A DNA stretch of 64,000 nucleotides from an uncultured Candidatus Saccharibacteria bacterium (GTDB lineage: Bacteria; Patescibacteriota; JAQUNI01). This document shows, one piece after another, positions 17,318-27,255 of this stretch. The position numbers and the translations under genes are program-made. Below the pieces are notes generated by a model, which was given only the letters and a program-made list of their open reading frames with translations, had not been told where the DNA came from and did not search any database. Where the stretch lies: assembly GCA_964555185.1 (NCBI GenBank), contig CAZKRD010000003.1, positions 19,943-83,942 on the forward strand, in the 5' to 3' direction. Within the stretch, counting starts at the first letter, position 1. Each line of letters begins with the position of its first letter.

Positions 17318-17494
17318 ATGACTTTTATAGAAAAGAATAAATTTAAAATCAGATTAAGATTTTCTAAAAATAAGTTAAGTGATCAGGCACTTAATAGGGT
17401 TTTTAATTTTATTTTGAACCTGAGTGATTCAGATATTAGCTCCAAAAAATATGAACAAAATAATTGTTCAGAGAAAAATGAGCATTTTCGCTGA
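17318..17494 (+). CDS. Small hypothetical / leader ORF (58 aa, not in ORF track)
   Basis: MTFIEKNKFKIRLRF...EHFR*; the stop lies directly at the base of the first pseudoknot stem. Confidence 0.4.
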   Translation: MTFIEKNKFKIRLRFSKNKLSDQALNRVFNFILNLSDSDISSKKYEQNNCSEKNEHFR

Positions 17495-17641
17495 AAGTGG
17501 TGTTAGATTTTAAGGGTTGCCATCCAACACCACTTCTAGTAGAAACTAACCCTTTATCAGAAATAATTAGTACATCAATAAGAATAGTGAGCGGTGGTGC
17601 TAATGCCTTCACCGCTTACTATTCCTGTTGAAAAGGCATTA
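17495..17641 (+). promoter_or_regulatory. Tandem H-type pseudoknot candidates in the 5' UTR of the wHTH gene
   Basis: Stem 17495-17504/17526-17535 with loop AAGGGTT pairing to AACCCTT; stem 17582-17597/17609-17624 with loop TAATGCCTT pairing to AAGGCATTA, which includes the A of the start codon. Confidence 0.6.
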
Positions 17642-18078
17642 TGAGTGAACCAGAAAAGTTGGAAACAATTATAACAAGACGGAAAGAAGGAGAACATACG
17701 CGGGACGACTCGGCGAAGGAATTTTTGCGCAAAAGGGATATTGAGGTGCGTGATCCAGAAAAAGCAAAAAGAAAACAATCAGTAAAGGTGCTAAAATTGC
17801 AATTTGTTGGCATCTACATAAATTTATTGGGACTGCTTAAGGGTAATGAATTAAAAGTTTATTTGTATATGCGGGTTAGACGGCGAATGAAAAGAAGCAC
17901 GATTGCCGATGAGACCGAATTTTTTAAGGATAAAAGTATATCAGCCAAAGAGCTGAATATCTCAACACCAACCCTTCTTAAAGCCATCGTTGGATTGGAG
18001 AAAAAAGGACTAGTGAAAAGGGACGGCAGGACTTCTGGCGGATTTGTAAAATTAAAAGTATTTAGTCAGCCCAAGTAA
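17641..18078 (+). CDS. Winged-HTH protein, replication-initiator-like
   Basis: LKGNELKVYLYM...AKELNISTPTLLKAIVGLEKKGLVKR; followed by iterons. Confidence 0.6.
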   Translation: MSEPEKLETIITRRKEGEHTRDDSAKEFLRKRDIEVRDPEKAKRKQSVKVLKLQFVGIYINLLGLLKGNELKVYLYMRVRRRMKRSTIADETEFFKDKSISAKELNISTPTLLKAIVGLEKKGLVKRDGRTSGGFVKLKVFSQPK

Positions 18079-18160
18079 AATTTTTTTACCTAGCAAGTAA
18101 ATTTTTTTTACTTGACAGGTAAAGTTTCTTTACTTGGGTAAGTAAAATTTCTTTACTTGG
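18072..18160. repeat. Four 22-23-bp palindromic iteron-like repeats
   Basis: Consensus cAaGTAAAaTTTyTTTACtTg starting at 18072, 18094, 18116 and 18139. Confidence 0.85.
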
Positions 18161-18631
18161 CTCAAAGCACAAAATGCCTTCTTCTACGCTTATATTAAAG
18201 GAAAAAATAGAAGCAAGAACGCTCTACATAAAGTAAGGCCACATATATAAAGATATAGATATAAAGATATAGATAGAGAAGTATTAACTTAAAGAAGGGG
18301 AAAGAAAAGAAAACTTCTAAAGAAGTTTGTTTCTTCCCCTCTTCTAACCTATCTTTACTTAACCTATCCTTACCTAACCTTACCTGTGCCGTCCGTGGAC
18401 CGTCCACCTATTCTGCTTGTATTGTTTTTTACATGTTTTGCTAACGCAAAACCGATTAAAAAATCTTTAAAAAATACAAAGAATCTTTTAAATCTTTGTT
18501 GGATATTATCAAAAAGAATCAAAAAATAAAGAGTTTTATGCGCGCTTTATAAAAAGAGAAGTGTCCCATTTATAAAAAAGAGGGCCCACACGAGCCTTAA
18601 AAGGTGATTATAAGGAAGTGTATAACTTAAG

Positions 18632-18659
18632 TTGACAAAAGATGACAAAGAGGTACAAT
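18632..18659 (+). promoter_or_regulatory. sigma70-like promoter of the xis-integrase operon
   Basis: TTGACA-16-TACAAT; contains a TGACAAA direct repeat. Confidence 0.6.
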
Positions 18660-18680
18660 AATATAAAGAACATAAATAGG

Positions 18681-18857
18681 ATGAATAACAATAAAAAGAA
18701 AATTCAACTTTATACCACCCAAGAAGTAGCTGACATTTTAAGGGTCAGTCGGCGAACTGTGTATAGGCTTATTAAATCTGGAAAATTAAAGGCAGTGATG
18801 ATTGGGCAATGGAGAATTAAAGCAGAGGATTTAGATAAGTTTTTAGATAGTCGTTAA
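18681..18857 (+). CDS. Excisionase-like HTH_17 DNA-binding protein (candidate directionality factor)
   Basis: LYTTQEVADILRVSRRTVYRLIKSGKLKA..IGQWRI; immediately upstream of the recombinase. Confidence 0.85.
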   Translation: MNNNKKKIQLYTTQEVADILRVSRRTVYRLIKSGKLKAVMIGQWRIKAEDLDKFLDSR

Positions 18858-18868
18858 TCTAAATTTAT

Positions 18869-20479
18869 ATGAAGAAAGTCGCTATTTACACAAGAGTTTC
18901 TAGCGAAGAGCAAGTAAATGGTTATAGCCTAGGAGATCAACAAGAGAAGTTGCAGGATTATTGTAAATCCAATGGTTTTCTATTAGAAAAAAGACATATA
19001 TACCGAGAGGAAGGAATTAGTGGCGCAAAAAAGGAAAGGCCTGTTTTAAGCCTGTTATTACAGGCAGCTCAAAATAAGGAGTTTGCCTTAGTTTTAGTTT
19101 ATAAATTAGATCGGTTTTCAAGGAGCCTAAAGAATCTCCTTGAGCTAGTTGCTGATTTAGAGAGAAATGGAATTGGTTTTAAGTCAATTACAGAGACATT
19201 TGATACTTCAACTCCGATGGGCAAGTATATGCTTCAGAATTTAGGGTCCATAGCTGAACTAGAGAGAGAGATGATCAGAGAAAGGACTCTAATGGGACAA
19301 ATCAAGTATCTTAAAGAGGGCAACTGGAAGGGGGGCATTACTCCCTATGGATACGATTACAATAAAGAGACTCACAAACTTGAAATTAATAAAGAAGAGG
19401 CTAAGATTGTTCGGAAAATGTATAAATGGGTTGCAGAAGAAGGTTCAACTTCACATTCAGTCCAAAAGCGACTTAATGATTTAGGGATTTCTACTAAGTA
19501 TGGTAACTTAGGTAAAAAGAAGCAGGTTAATGGTGCGTGCTTTTGGAAGAAAAGGACCGTTGGCAGGATTTTAACTAACGAGATTTATTCGGGTACATTT
19601 ACTTATCGTAAATATAAATATTTGGGGAGGGTTAGAGGAGAAGATAATTTACGTCCCGAGGACGAGTGGATTAAGATTAAAACTCCTAGAATAGTTAGTA
19701 AAAAGATTTTTGATTTGGTCCAGAATCAAATAAATAAAAATAAAAAACACTCACCGAGAAATAGTAAGTATAAATATCTTTTTGCCCACATGATTAAGTG
19801 TGGTTACTGTGAAGGTAGGTATGGGAGTATGTATAGTGCTGAACGCAAAAGAGGTGTAGTTGGACGGAAGAGATATTTTTGTCATAACACCAGAGCGGAT
19901 AATAAACAGGAGAAATGTAAAGCCAAAAGCGTGGCAGAAAAAAGAATTAGTGAGCCCATCTGGAACAAGATAGCAGAGGCGTTGAGTAATCCAGCCATAG
20001 CTTTTGAGCAATTGGAAAAGATACAGAAGAAAGAGAACAACATTGAGGAGGTTCAAGAGAAACAGAGAGAATCAGATAAGCTGATCCTTAAGAACAAAGA
20101 AAAATCCAGACGATTACTGGATTTGTATTTGGGAGGTGGGGTAGATAAGGAGACTTACGAAGAGAAAGTGGGGGAGATAAATAAAGAGGCCGATAGCTTC
20201 AGGCGGGAAAAAGTAAGGTATAATAACCTTTTTATTTCCAAAGAAGAGAAGAAGGCGAGAACACAATCAATTCAGGAGATGTATGGGCGGTTCAAGGACA
20301 ATCTTAAGAAAATCACCTATTCTCAAAAGAGAGAAGTGCTTAAAATGTTGATAGATAAGGTAATTATTAAAGGCGCAAAGATTGATATTTACTGTAATAT
20401 TCCCTATAAATACTCGTTTGAGGGACAGTCAACTCTCCTTCCGTGTCTTTGCCTTCGGGGTCGGGCAGAAATTCATTGA
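18869..20479 (+). CDS. Large serine recombinase (integrase)
   Basis: AIYTRVSSEEQ catalytic Ser, KLDRFSR, TPYGY recombinase domain, CGYC...C...C zinc ribbon, coiled coil. Confidence 0.95.
   Translation: MKKVAIYTRVSSEEQVNGYSLGDQQEKLQDYCKSNGFLLEKRHIYREEGISGAKKERPVLSLLLQAAQNKEFALVLVYKLDRFSRSLKNLLELVADLERNGIGFKSITETFDTSTPMGKYMLQNLGSIAELEREMIRERTLMGQIKYLKEGNWKGGITPYGYDYNKETHKLEINKEEAKIVRKMYKWVAEEGSTSHSVQKRLNDLGISTKYGNLGKKKQVNGACFWKKRTVGRILTNEIYSGTFTYRKYKYLGRVRGEDNLRPEDEWIKIKTPRIVSKKIFDLVQNQINKNKKHSPRNSKYKYLFAHMIKCGYCEGRYGSMYSAERKRGVVGRKRYFCHNTRADNKQEKCKAKSVAEKRISEPIWNKIAEALSNPAIAFEQLEKIQKKENNIEEVQEKQRESDKLILKNKEKSRRLLDLYLGGGVDKETYEEKVGEINKEADSFRREKVRYNNLFISKEEKKARTQSIQEMYGRFKDNLKKITYSQKREVLKMLIDKVIIKGAKIDIYCNIPYKYSFEGQSTLLPCLCLRGRAEIH
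20421..20445. other. Putative att junction (element/host boundary at ~20430/20431)
   Basis: Host repeat motif PDPEGKDTEGE-F(I/V)EL is replaced by PDPEGKDTEGE-LTVPQ at this point. Confidence 0.8.
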
Positions 20480-21935
20480 TCCAGACAGTGCGTGGATATT
20501 CTTGGGCTTCTTTAGGGCTTTGAGCTGAACAAATGTTTTGTTCAGCTGGTGTGGGTTCTAGGCTCCAACACCAATCACCATTCATTTTATTATAAGATTC
20601 AGCTTTGGGGGCTTCTCCATATTCAATCTCATCAATTGCTTGGCCTGAGGGCCAGAGGAGCCTGACCCAATCACCACTGTTGTTTAAGGTGATCTTGGTT
20701 TCGGAATAGGGGAGGCTTAGATACTCCCCTGCTTTAATTTCAGAATCTTCAGGAAAGGTATAGGGCCGTGATCCTTTATCCTCTTCGTCATCTAATTGCC
20801 AATTTTCCAGATCAATTTCATCTGGGCCTGGGTTGTAAAGTTCAATAAATTCTCCTTCCGTGTCCTTACCTTCGGGGTCGGGTAAAAATTCTGAAATCCA
20901 GATATGACGGGGATAGCTGGAAGAATCGTCTTTTTCGTCTTCTGAAATTACATTCTTCTGTCCAGGTGTTAAAGTAGTGCTCCAGGTCCAAGTGTCATCT
21001 TCCTTACGATTGTAGGATTGGTTTTTGGGTACAGGGCCGGAATAACTTACCTCTTCCAAGGTTTCATTATTGTGAATCAAAAAGACTGTGTCACCACTAT
21101 TGTTTAAAAGGAATTTTGAACCGGTGTAAAAGGCAAGGTAAGAATAGGCCGGCATCGTGGTGCCGGGATCAATTGTAAAACTTGAGGCGGTCTTATCTTT
21201 TATTTTCCAAGATGATAAATCAGCGGTTGTGTCTGAATTATTGAAAAGCTCAACAAACTCTCCTTCCTGGTCAGAGCCCTCTGGGTCAGGCAGAAATTCA
21301 TTGATTACAATATAGTTTATAGAGGGGGTGGTATCTTGGGGGTAGGCGGCGCTGTTTTTTTGTTTGGGCGTGCCATAGATTGGGCCACCATTGCTGTCTT
21401 TACCATTTATAACTATTTGATTGTTCGTCGCCCAATTATCAGAGCTTGAAGCTTCTTTTTGGGGGTCAACCCTTTCCATGCTTGTTTTGTCTGTACTGTT
21501 GCCGCTCAACCAGTCGCTGGAATTGTCTATTTCATCGATTGTATTATTTAAGTTGTCTTTTAAGACAAGATGCTCTCCAGAGTTTTCTAGAGCGCCGGTA
21601 TAGATTTTGTTAGCGGGAAGGTCGGAGATTGTGTTATCATCGGTGCGCTCAAGCAGATAATAGCTTTTTGCCGGAATTGTATCAGCAAGAGCAATTGTTG
21701 GCGTACCATCTTTTGCTTCTAGGGTCCAACCAGCAAGGCCTATATCTTGATCAGTGTTATTAAAAAGTTCAATCCACTCATCCGCGGTAGAAGCCCCAGT
21801 TCCCATCCAAGCAATTTCGTTGATTAGGACATCACTAGGTGAGGCGGCATAGGTCCTGAAAACAAAAGATTCTGCCCCCAAGCAGAACAGAAGAAATATA
21901 ATTAGTCCGAGCGGCAATCTATATTGCCTACGCAT
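20431..21935 (-). pseudogene. Secreted multi-lamin-tail-domain (LTD) protein, interrupted in the 4th repeat (ORF reads on to 20367)
   Basis: Signal peptide; INEIAWMG..EWIELFN; three I[NS]EFLPDPEG.D.EGE repeats, the last truncated. Confidence 0.85.
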
Positions 21936-21954
21936 TTTTATTTCTATTTTTGAT

Positions 21955-22953
21955 TTATTCCTTAAGTCTTTTCTTCAAGTATTCCACTATTTCTACTGGG
22001 CTGGGGTCGGTTTTGTATTCTAGGGCTAGATAGTAGCTGATAAAGTCGCCGTAATAAATTGTGCCGAAGATTTGGGTTAAAAGGCTTCCTTCCACCATTT
22101 TGATCGTGATCACATTGCCGCCTTTTTGGTTGATAATGTCTGCCGTGATTTTCATTCTTTTTAGGATCCGGGGGTGATCTTTACTATTGCGGAGGATGAT
22201 GACAGTGGTAGGGATTCCTTCTTTTTTAAGGTTTGTGAACCCGGCGGTTTCATTGTGATTTAACTCTGGAAAGTAGTTGTGAAAAGCGAGGACCTTTGAG
22301 TTCTCGTTGAATTTGATTTTCCAGATCCGGGCGATTTCGCGGAAGCGTTCGCTGGCATAAACAATGATTAGATTATTTTTGAGCATGCGGGCGATCTTTT
22401 GGGCTGGGGGGAATTGCATCTTGGCTAAAGCTTGAGCTGTTTCTTTAATTTCTTTGGTTTTGTCCGGGACAATGCCGGCCTTGCTCATCGCGGTCAGGAT
22501 TCCAGTGAAATTATAGCCATTGCCGCAGCGGGGCTGGATCCCTTCTTCGGGTAGCTTAATGAAGGGGACATTGTCTTTTTTACACCATTTTGAAAGCTGG
22601 CCGTTGGTGGTGATCCCAACCATTGTGATCTTTTTTTGTTTGCATTCTTGATACACACTCAAGGTTTCTTCGGTGTTGCCGGAAAAGGAGGAGATAAAGA
22701 CCAAACTTTTTTGATCAGCTTCTTGGGGCAGGCTGTAGTTTTGGCAGATATAGATCGGGAGACTGATTTCTCCCTGCAGATAGGTTTCAATGATCGCGGC
22801 AGGGAGAGAAGAGCCGCCCATCCCGGCGATCACCACATTTTTGTATTGTTTCCGGGGCACTTTAACTTTGGCGGTAATCTCTAGGGCTTTGCCGAATTGC
22901 AAGGGGAAGTCATGGAGGACTTTTAGCATGTTGGATTTGTCGATTGAAGGCAT
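21955..22953 (-). CDS. Bifunctional phosphoglucose/phosphomannose isomerase
   Basis: GMGGS, SSFSGNTEET, IQPR, FNENSK, PELNHNE motifs. Confidence 0.92.
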   Translation of the reverse strand: MPSIDKSNMLKVLHDFPLQFGKALEITAKVKVPRKQYKNVVIAGMGGSSLPAAIIETYLQGEISLPIYICQNYSLPQEADQKSLVFISSFSGNTEETLSVYQECKQKKITMVGITTNGQLSKWCKKDNVPFIKLPEEGIQPRCGNGYNFTGILTAMSKAGIVPDKTKEIKETAQALAKMQFPPAQKIARMLKNNLIIVYASERFREIARIWKIKFNENSKVLAFHNYFPELNHNETAGFTNLKKEGIPTTVIILRNSKDHPRILKRMKITADIINQKGGNVITIKMVEGSLLTQIFGTIYYGDFISYYLALEYKTDPSPVEIVEYLKKRLKE

Positions 22954-22965
22954 AGATTTTGATGA

Positions 22966-23982
22966 TTAGATTAGTTTTTGTTTTGGTTTGATAATATTAA
23001 GATGCTGATAAGCAAGCGGAGTGGCGACTCTGCCTCGCGGGGTCCGCGCGATCAGGCCGCTTTGCAATAAAAACGGTTCATAAACATCCTCAATCGCGTC
23101 TCGCTCTTCAGCCGACGAAGCGGCCAGGGCGCGCAAGCCCACTGGTCCCCCGTTGAATTTTTCAATAATATTTTTGAGAAGCTCGCGGTCAACCTGATCA
23201 AGGCCGAGCGTATCTATTTCCAAGATTTCTAAGGCTCTTTGGGCAACAGAGAGTGTGATTCTGCCCTCTGCCTTTATTTCCGCATAATCCCGCACTCTTT
23301 TTAAAAGCCGGTTAGCAACCCTGGGCGTGCAGCGCGAACAGACGGCGATTTTATCTAAGGCTTTATTTTCTATGTATTTGATATTTAAAAGTCGAGCAGA
23401 ACGTTTGATGATTGCTTTGATTTCGTCGGTCTCATAGTAACGGAGACGGTAGATTGCACCAAAGCGGTCGCGTAAAGGAGAGGAGAGCATTCCGATTTTA
23501 GTGGTCGCGCCGATCAGGGTGAAGCGGTTTAGGGGCAGGCGGATGTTTTTGGCCGCCGGTCCTTTGCCGATAATAATATCTAAAACCTGGTCTTCCATTG
23601 CCGGATAGAGGATTTCTTCGATCTGGCGGGCAAGCCGGTGGCATTCGTCAATAAAAAGGGTGTCGCCGTCTTCTAAATTGGTCAGGATTGAGGCGAGGTC
23701 TCCGGGTCGTTCAATTGCCGGCCCAGAGGTGGTTCTCAAGGAAACTTGAGCTTCGCGGGCGATAATATTAGCAAGCGTGGTTTTGCCTAGGCCCGGCGCG
23801 CCATAGAGGAGGATATGCTCTAGGGGTTCGCCTCTTTTTTTTGCTGCGGCTAAAAAAATCCGCAAACTTTCTTTGATTTTGGCCTGGCCAATGTATTCAT
23901 TCAGGGTCTTTGGCCGCAGGGCCAAATCAAGCTTTTTATCTTCATTTTTTTCTTGAGGAGAAACAGTTGGATTTTGGTCCAT
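22966..23982 (-). CDS. ruvB: Holliday junction helicase RuvB
   Basis: [35 protein letters not shown]. Confidence 0.98.
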   Translation of the reverse strand: MDQNPTVSPQEKNEDKKLDLALRPKTLNEYIGQAKIKESLRIFLAAAKKRGEPLEHILLYGAPGLGKTTLANIIAREAQVSLRTTSGPAIERPGDLASILTNLEDGDTLFIDECHRLARQIEEILYPAMEDQVLDIIIGKGPAAKNIRLPLNRFTLIGATTKIGMLSSPLRDRFGAIYRLRYYETDEIKAIIKRSARLLNIKYIENKALDKIAVCSRCTPRVANRLLKRVRDYAEIKAEGRITLSVAQRALEILEIDTLGLDQVDRELLKNIIEKFNGGPVGLRALAASSAEERDAIEDVYEPFLLQSGLIARTPRGRVATPLAYQHLNIIKPKQKLI

Positions 23983-24024
23983 TTTTGTACTTCAATTGTT
24001 TTATTTTACCATTTTCTTAGTGTA

Positions 24025-24053
24025 TTGACAAGAAAATTCAGCTATGGTAAGAT
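24025..24053 (+). promoter_or_regulatory. sigma70-like promoter
   Basis: TTGACA-17-TAAGAT with TGn. Confidence 0.65.
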
Positions 24054-24069
24054 ATTTAGTTCAAAGTGA

Positions 24070-24369
24070 CCAAGGGTCATCCCGAGGATGAGCGAGGCGA
24101 GGATGAAGGGATCTCGCGGGTATTCCTTAAGGATCCTTGGGACCTTCGATTTATAATTAATGCTTCTTAATCTGTAGGCGGTTTTACGGGGCTATGCTTG
24201 TCAATGGATTTTTTAATGGCGAGTTACCCCTCGCTTAGCGAAGATTTTCGGATGATGATCGTAAATTGAATCTTCATTGGGCGAGGGGGCCAGACTTTCC
24301 TAATCCTTGGAGTTTAGCCTTGCTCTTAAGTAGACTTAGGAGCTTAGCGTCTACAGATTAAGAGGCATT
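24070..24369 (+). ncRNA. Candidate structured RNA; ~210-nt rod (24159-24369) plus a 5' domain
   Basis: 22-bp closing stem, nested stems with G-U pairs favouring the + strand, side hairpin GCTCTTAAGT/ACTTAGGAGC. Confidence 0.55.
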
Positions 24370-24425
24370 TATTGTTTTAAAATCTGGGTGGTAATCATCA
24401 AAAACAGAAGGAGGGATGATGTATC

Positions 24426-24848
24426 GTGAAGAAGAAAATGTTCGCTTTTTTGTACTTTTTGCCACTCTTTGTGGTTATTCTCACCACAGTTATTAGATGG
24501 GGGAATCCGGAGAGCTTTAAGGGGGTTTTGGGGCTGCTTTCACCTCTCCTTAACCTCGTGCTTTGCTACTTGCTGCTAAGTTGGAAGATTTTCCGCAAGA
24601 TTTTCTTGCATGAGAGGTTTGTTGTGGGACAAACTTCCCATGCGAAGGCTTATAACAGGATCAAGGACAAGGAGATTCACGTTCATTTGCAAGTGGGTAG
24701 GAAAGTGGTGATTGATCAGAAGGTGTGCGTTAGAGCAACGGTCCCTTCTATAGATAAGCCGTGCATTTTGGTAGCCGTGGTTAATGAAGATGGAGAATCA
24801 ACCAGTCTTCCTTCTGCTGCAACCATTACTATCCTGGGCCCCTGCTAA
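24426..24848 (+). CDS. Hypothetical membrane protein
   Basis: Two TM segments, SD-like GGAGG upstream, terminator hairpin AAGCGGT/ACCGCTT plus T-tract downstream. Confidence 0.6.
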   Translation: MKKKMFAFLYFLPLFVVILTTVIRWGNPESFKGVLGLLSPLLNLVLCYLLLSWKIFRKIFLHERFVVGQTSHAKAYNRIKDKEIHVHLQVGRKVVIDQKVCVRATVPSIDKPCILVAVVNEDGESTSLPSAATITILGPC

Positions 24849-25122
24849 AGCGGTAGAAATATAAGACCGCTTTTTTATTTTTGGAACTTAAATCCCTTGA
24901 TTCCAAACTCCGCATTATTCAGAAAACATTGTCTTTCTTTGCTTTTTGGATTATAATCTACTAATATATTCAGTTAATTTCGTTCTTTCTACTTTTCGCG
25001 GTTGGCATTTCAATGTGGAGGGAGGTTTTTAAAATGTCAAATTTGGAGCTACACTATGATTCGGGTGTTTCGGTAGTTTAATGTTTTCTCGTATGTTCTG
25101 TCAAAGAAAAGGAAGGAGAGGG

Positions 25123-27085
25123 ATGATGGTTAATGAAAAGGCAATAGCACTAGCCCTGAAACAGGGCGAGAGCTTGGCGGCAGCAGATCAGGTTCTGATT
25201 AATCCAAGGCCTGGAGATTTAGTTTCAATGACCACAGCGGCAATAGCAGCAATCCGGAAGCACGCCTGCACACCAGCCCAGGAGGGAGAGGCGCTTATTC
25301 TTTTGGGTCGTAATTTCGTCGGGAGAGAGGCAGTAATCGTAGGATATAAGCCCGAAGAGAGAGATGACGCCTTTAAGCAGGTTCTCGCCGCGCTGGATAG
25401 TTTAGACTTAGAAATCCAGAAAAACGTAGTGGAATCCCTTCTTGCTGATATGCAGTCAGTGAATGGTGGAGACAGTCTGCCTGGTCTTTGGGCAGAGAGG
25501 ATTCGCGAGAAATTAAATCAGGAAAAACCAGCCGGTTCTTTCTTGATCAAACTTGGAGAGCAAATACATCGCTGCGTTTATACGAAGATGGTTGAAAGAG
25601 AGATGGGCAAATTCGGGAACGATTTTGCCCGGGGCCTGGGGTGGATGAGATCATTTTACTGCCAAGTTTCCACAAACCCAGTATTGGCCTGGAAGGCATA
25701 TCTTGAAGATCTAGGTTTAAGGGAAAAGCTGAAAAGCAAAATTGCGGAGCACAGTGATTGGCTTGCGGATCCTGAAGCTTACAAGTTTGAGATCGCAATG
25801 CAGGCAACACTCTTGGCGCTCTGGCCTAATCTCACCATTTTCCGCCCATTAGCCTGTGTTCACCGATCTTACTGACTATCAGGTGAGTTTTCAGTTAAGT
25901 CCTCTGATCGCTGGTTCGGTTGAAAAGAGCATTGCGGATGCTGAACGCGCTCGTCAACAGGCCAGAGAATTCTTGATAAAGTATGATCAATTACTGGGTT
26001 TTGGCGATGAAGCCGGGAAAATAGCACCGAATTTGGTTCTGAAAGTTGCTGCCTGCCATCCGGCTGCTCTGGAAATCACCCGTAAGTTGAATAGCCGGGG
26101 ACAGGGCACGAATAACACATTGGTCTATGCAGTAGCCCAAGAGGTTATGCTCTGGATAGAAGCTTTAAAGGGCAAGGCTGCGGCATTAAATACAGGACAT
26201 CCGGTTGTCCGAACCTATATGACCAATATGCCGGGACGGCTGGTTAGTCATCTTCGGGAGCAAGCAGCCGTTAGTATATTTAACTTAGTTGCTAAGTATC
26301 GTTCTGTTAGTCAGGCCATGGATCTTCTGGAGAAGCTTGCAAACGAACTGGGTGTAGATAGGGCAGTTTGGGAAGCTCTCGCACCTAGCGATATTGAGAC
26401 AAAAGTAAGGGTCATTTGCGCCTATAAGTATCTCAAGACCCTTGATCCTGCTGACCAGCCCACTATAATGGAAACGGCAATATTAGCTGGGTATTCGCAA
26501 GAAAGTCTGGAAACTTTAGAGAAGGCCCTGAAAATGGCTGGAACCTTTGTCGCCCAACGGGTTTGGAAAATATTCTTGTCTCCAGGAAATAAGGAGAAAT
26601 GGATAGCCTTTATAGAAAGGGAATACAACCTGAGCCGCGAAAAGGCAGAATGGGTTGTGGACTCGATGGGATATCTCCCTGCGTCCAAACGGACTCCAGA
26701 TGATACTTTGCTCGCACTTGGTGATAATATGATCCACACCGAGTTCCCTAACCATGGTCGGAGCGTTGCAGAGTATGCAGAATTGGCAGGCTTTCAGCTT
26801 GAGGATTATCGGGATTCGATTGCCTCCGAGCCTGAATATCCCTGGCTTACTTTACTGCAAGCGCTTCCTGATTTTTGTCGGGCATATGGTCTCACCCAAG
26901 AGATAAAAGACTTTCTGGTGGCAAGAGTTGGAATCACAGATGTGATGCACTGGGGAACAGAAGGCTTAAAGCCGGAAGAATGGTCAACTTTCGGGTCTGT
27001 GCAGAAAACCGCCTGCGAATTTCAATTTGCCTTTGGCGAGTTTGTGAAGATGTGTCTGGAGATTGCCAGAGAGGCTGCGGGGTAG
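25123..27085 (+). pseudogene. Large transaldolase-family protein split by a frameshift at ~25855
   Basis: VSTNP in the first ORF; VSFQLSP, PNLVLKVA, NNTLVYAVAQ and MPGRL in the second; overlap FRPLA/VFTDLTDYQ. Confidence 0.7.
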
Positions 27086-27114
27086 GTTTGTATGGTGATC
27101 TTTGGGAAAGGGAC

Positions 27115-27253
27115 GGGCGACCATAAAGATCGCCCCTACAATCCCTACAGCGGTGTGATGATTTTCCACCGCTTTTTATTTTTAAAGGATTGGGCGACCA
27201 CATGGAGTCGCCCCTACGGGGATGCAACCGGGCGACTATAAAGGTCGCCCCTA
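27115..27253. repeat. Three GTAG-type REP-like palindromes between convergent genes
   Basis: GGGCGA-n-TCGCCCCTA(C) at 27115, 27192 and 27230. Confidence 0.8.
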
Positions 27254-27255
27254 GA

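Larger units (their letters stand above)
1..20430. mobile_element. Integrative element with large serine recombinase, right part (left end outside window)
   Basis: Terminal HTH + serine recombinase pair. The host LTD gene is broken mid-motif at ~20431. The region is visibly more AT-rich than the downstream core genes. Cargo is defence, replication-like and hypothetical genes with many pseudogenes. Confidence 0.88.

Noticed and set aside
18072-18160. Repeats as a CRISPR array
   Set aside because: Units abut with no spacers and there are no cas genes; they fit iterons better.
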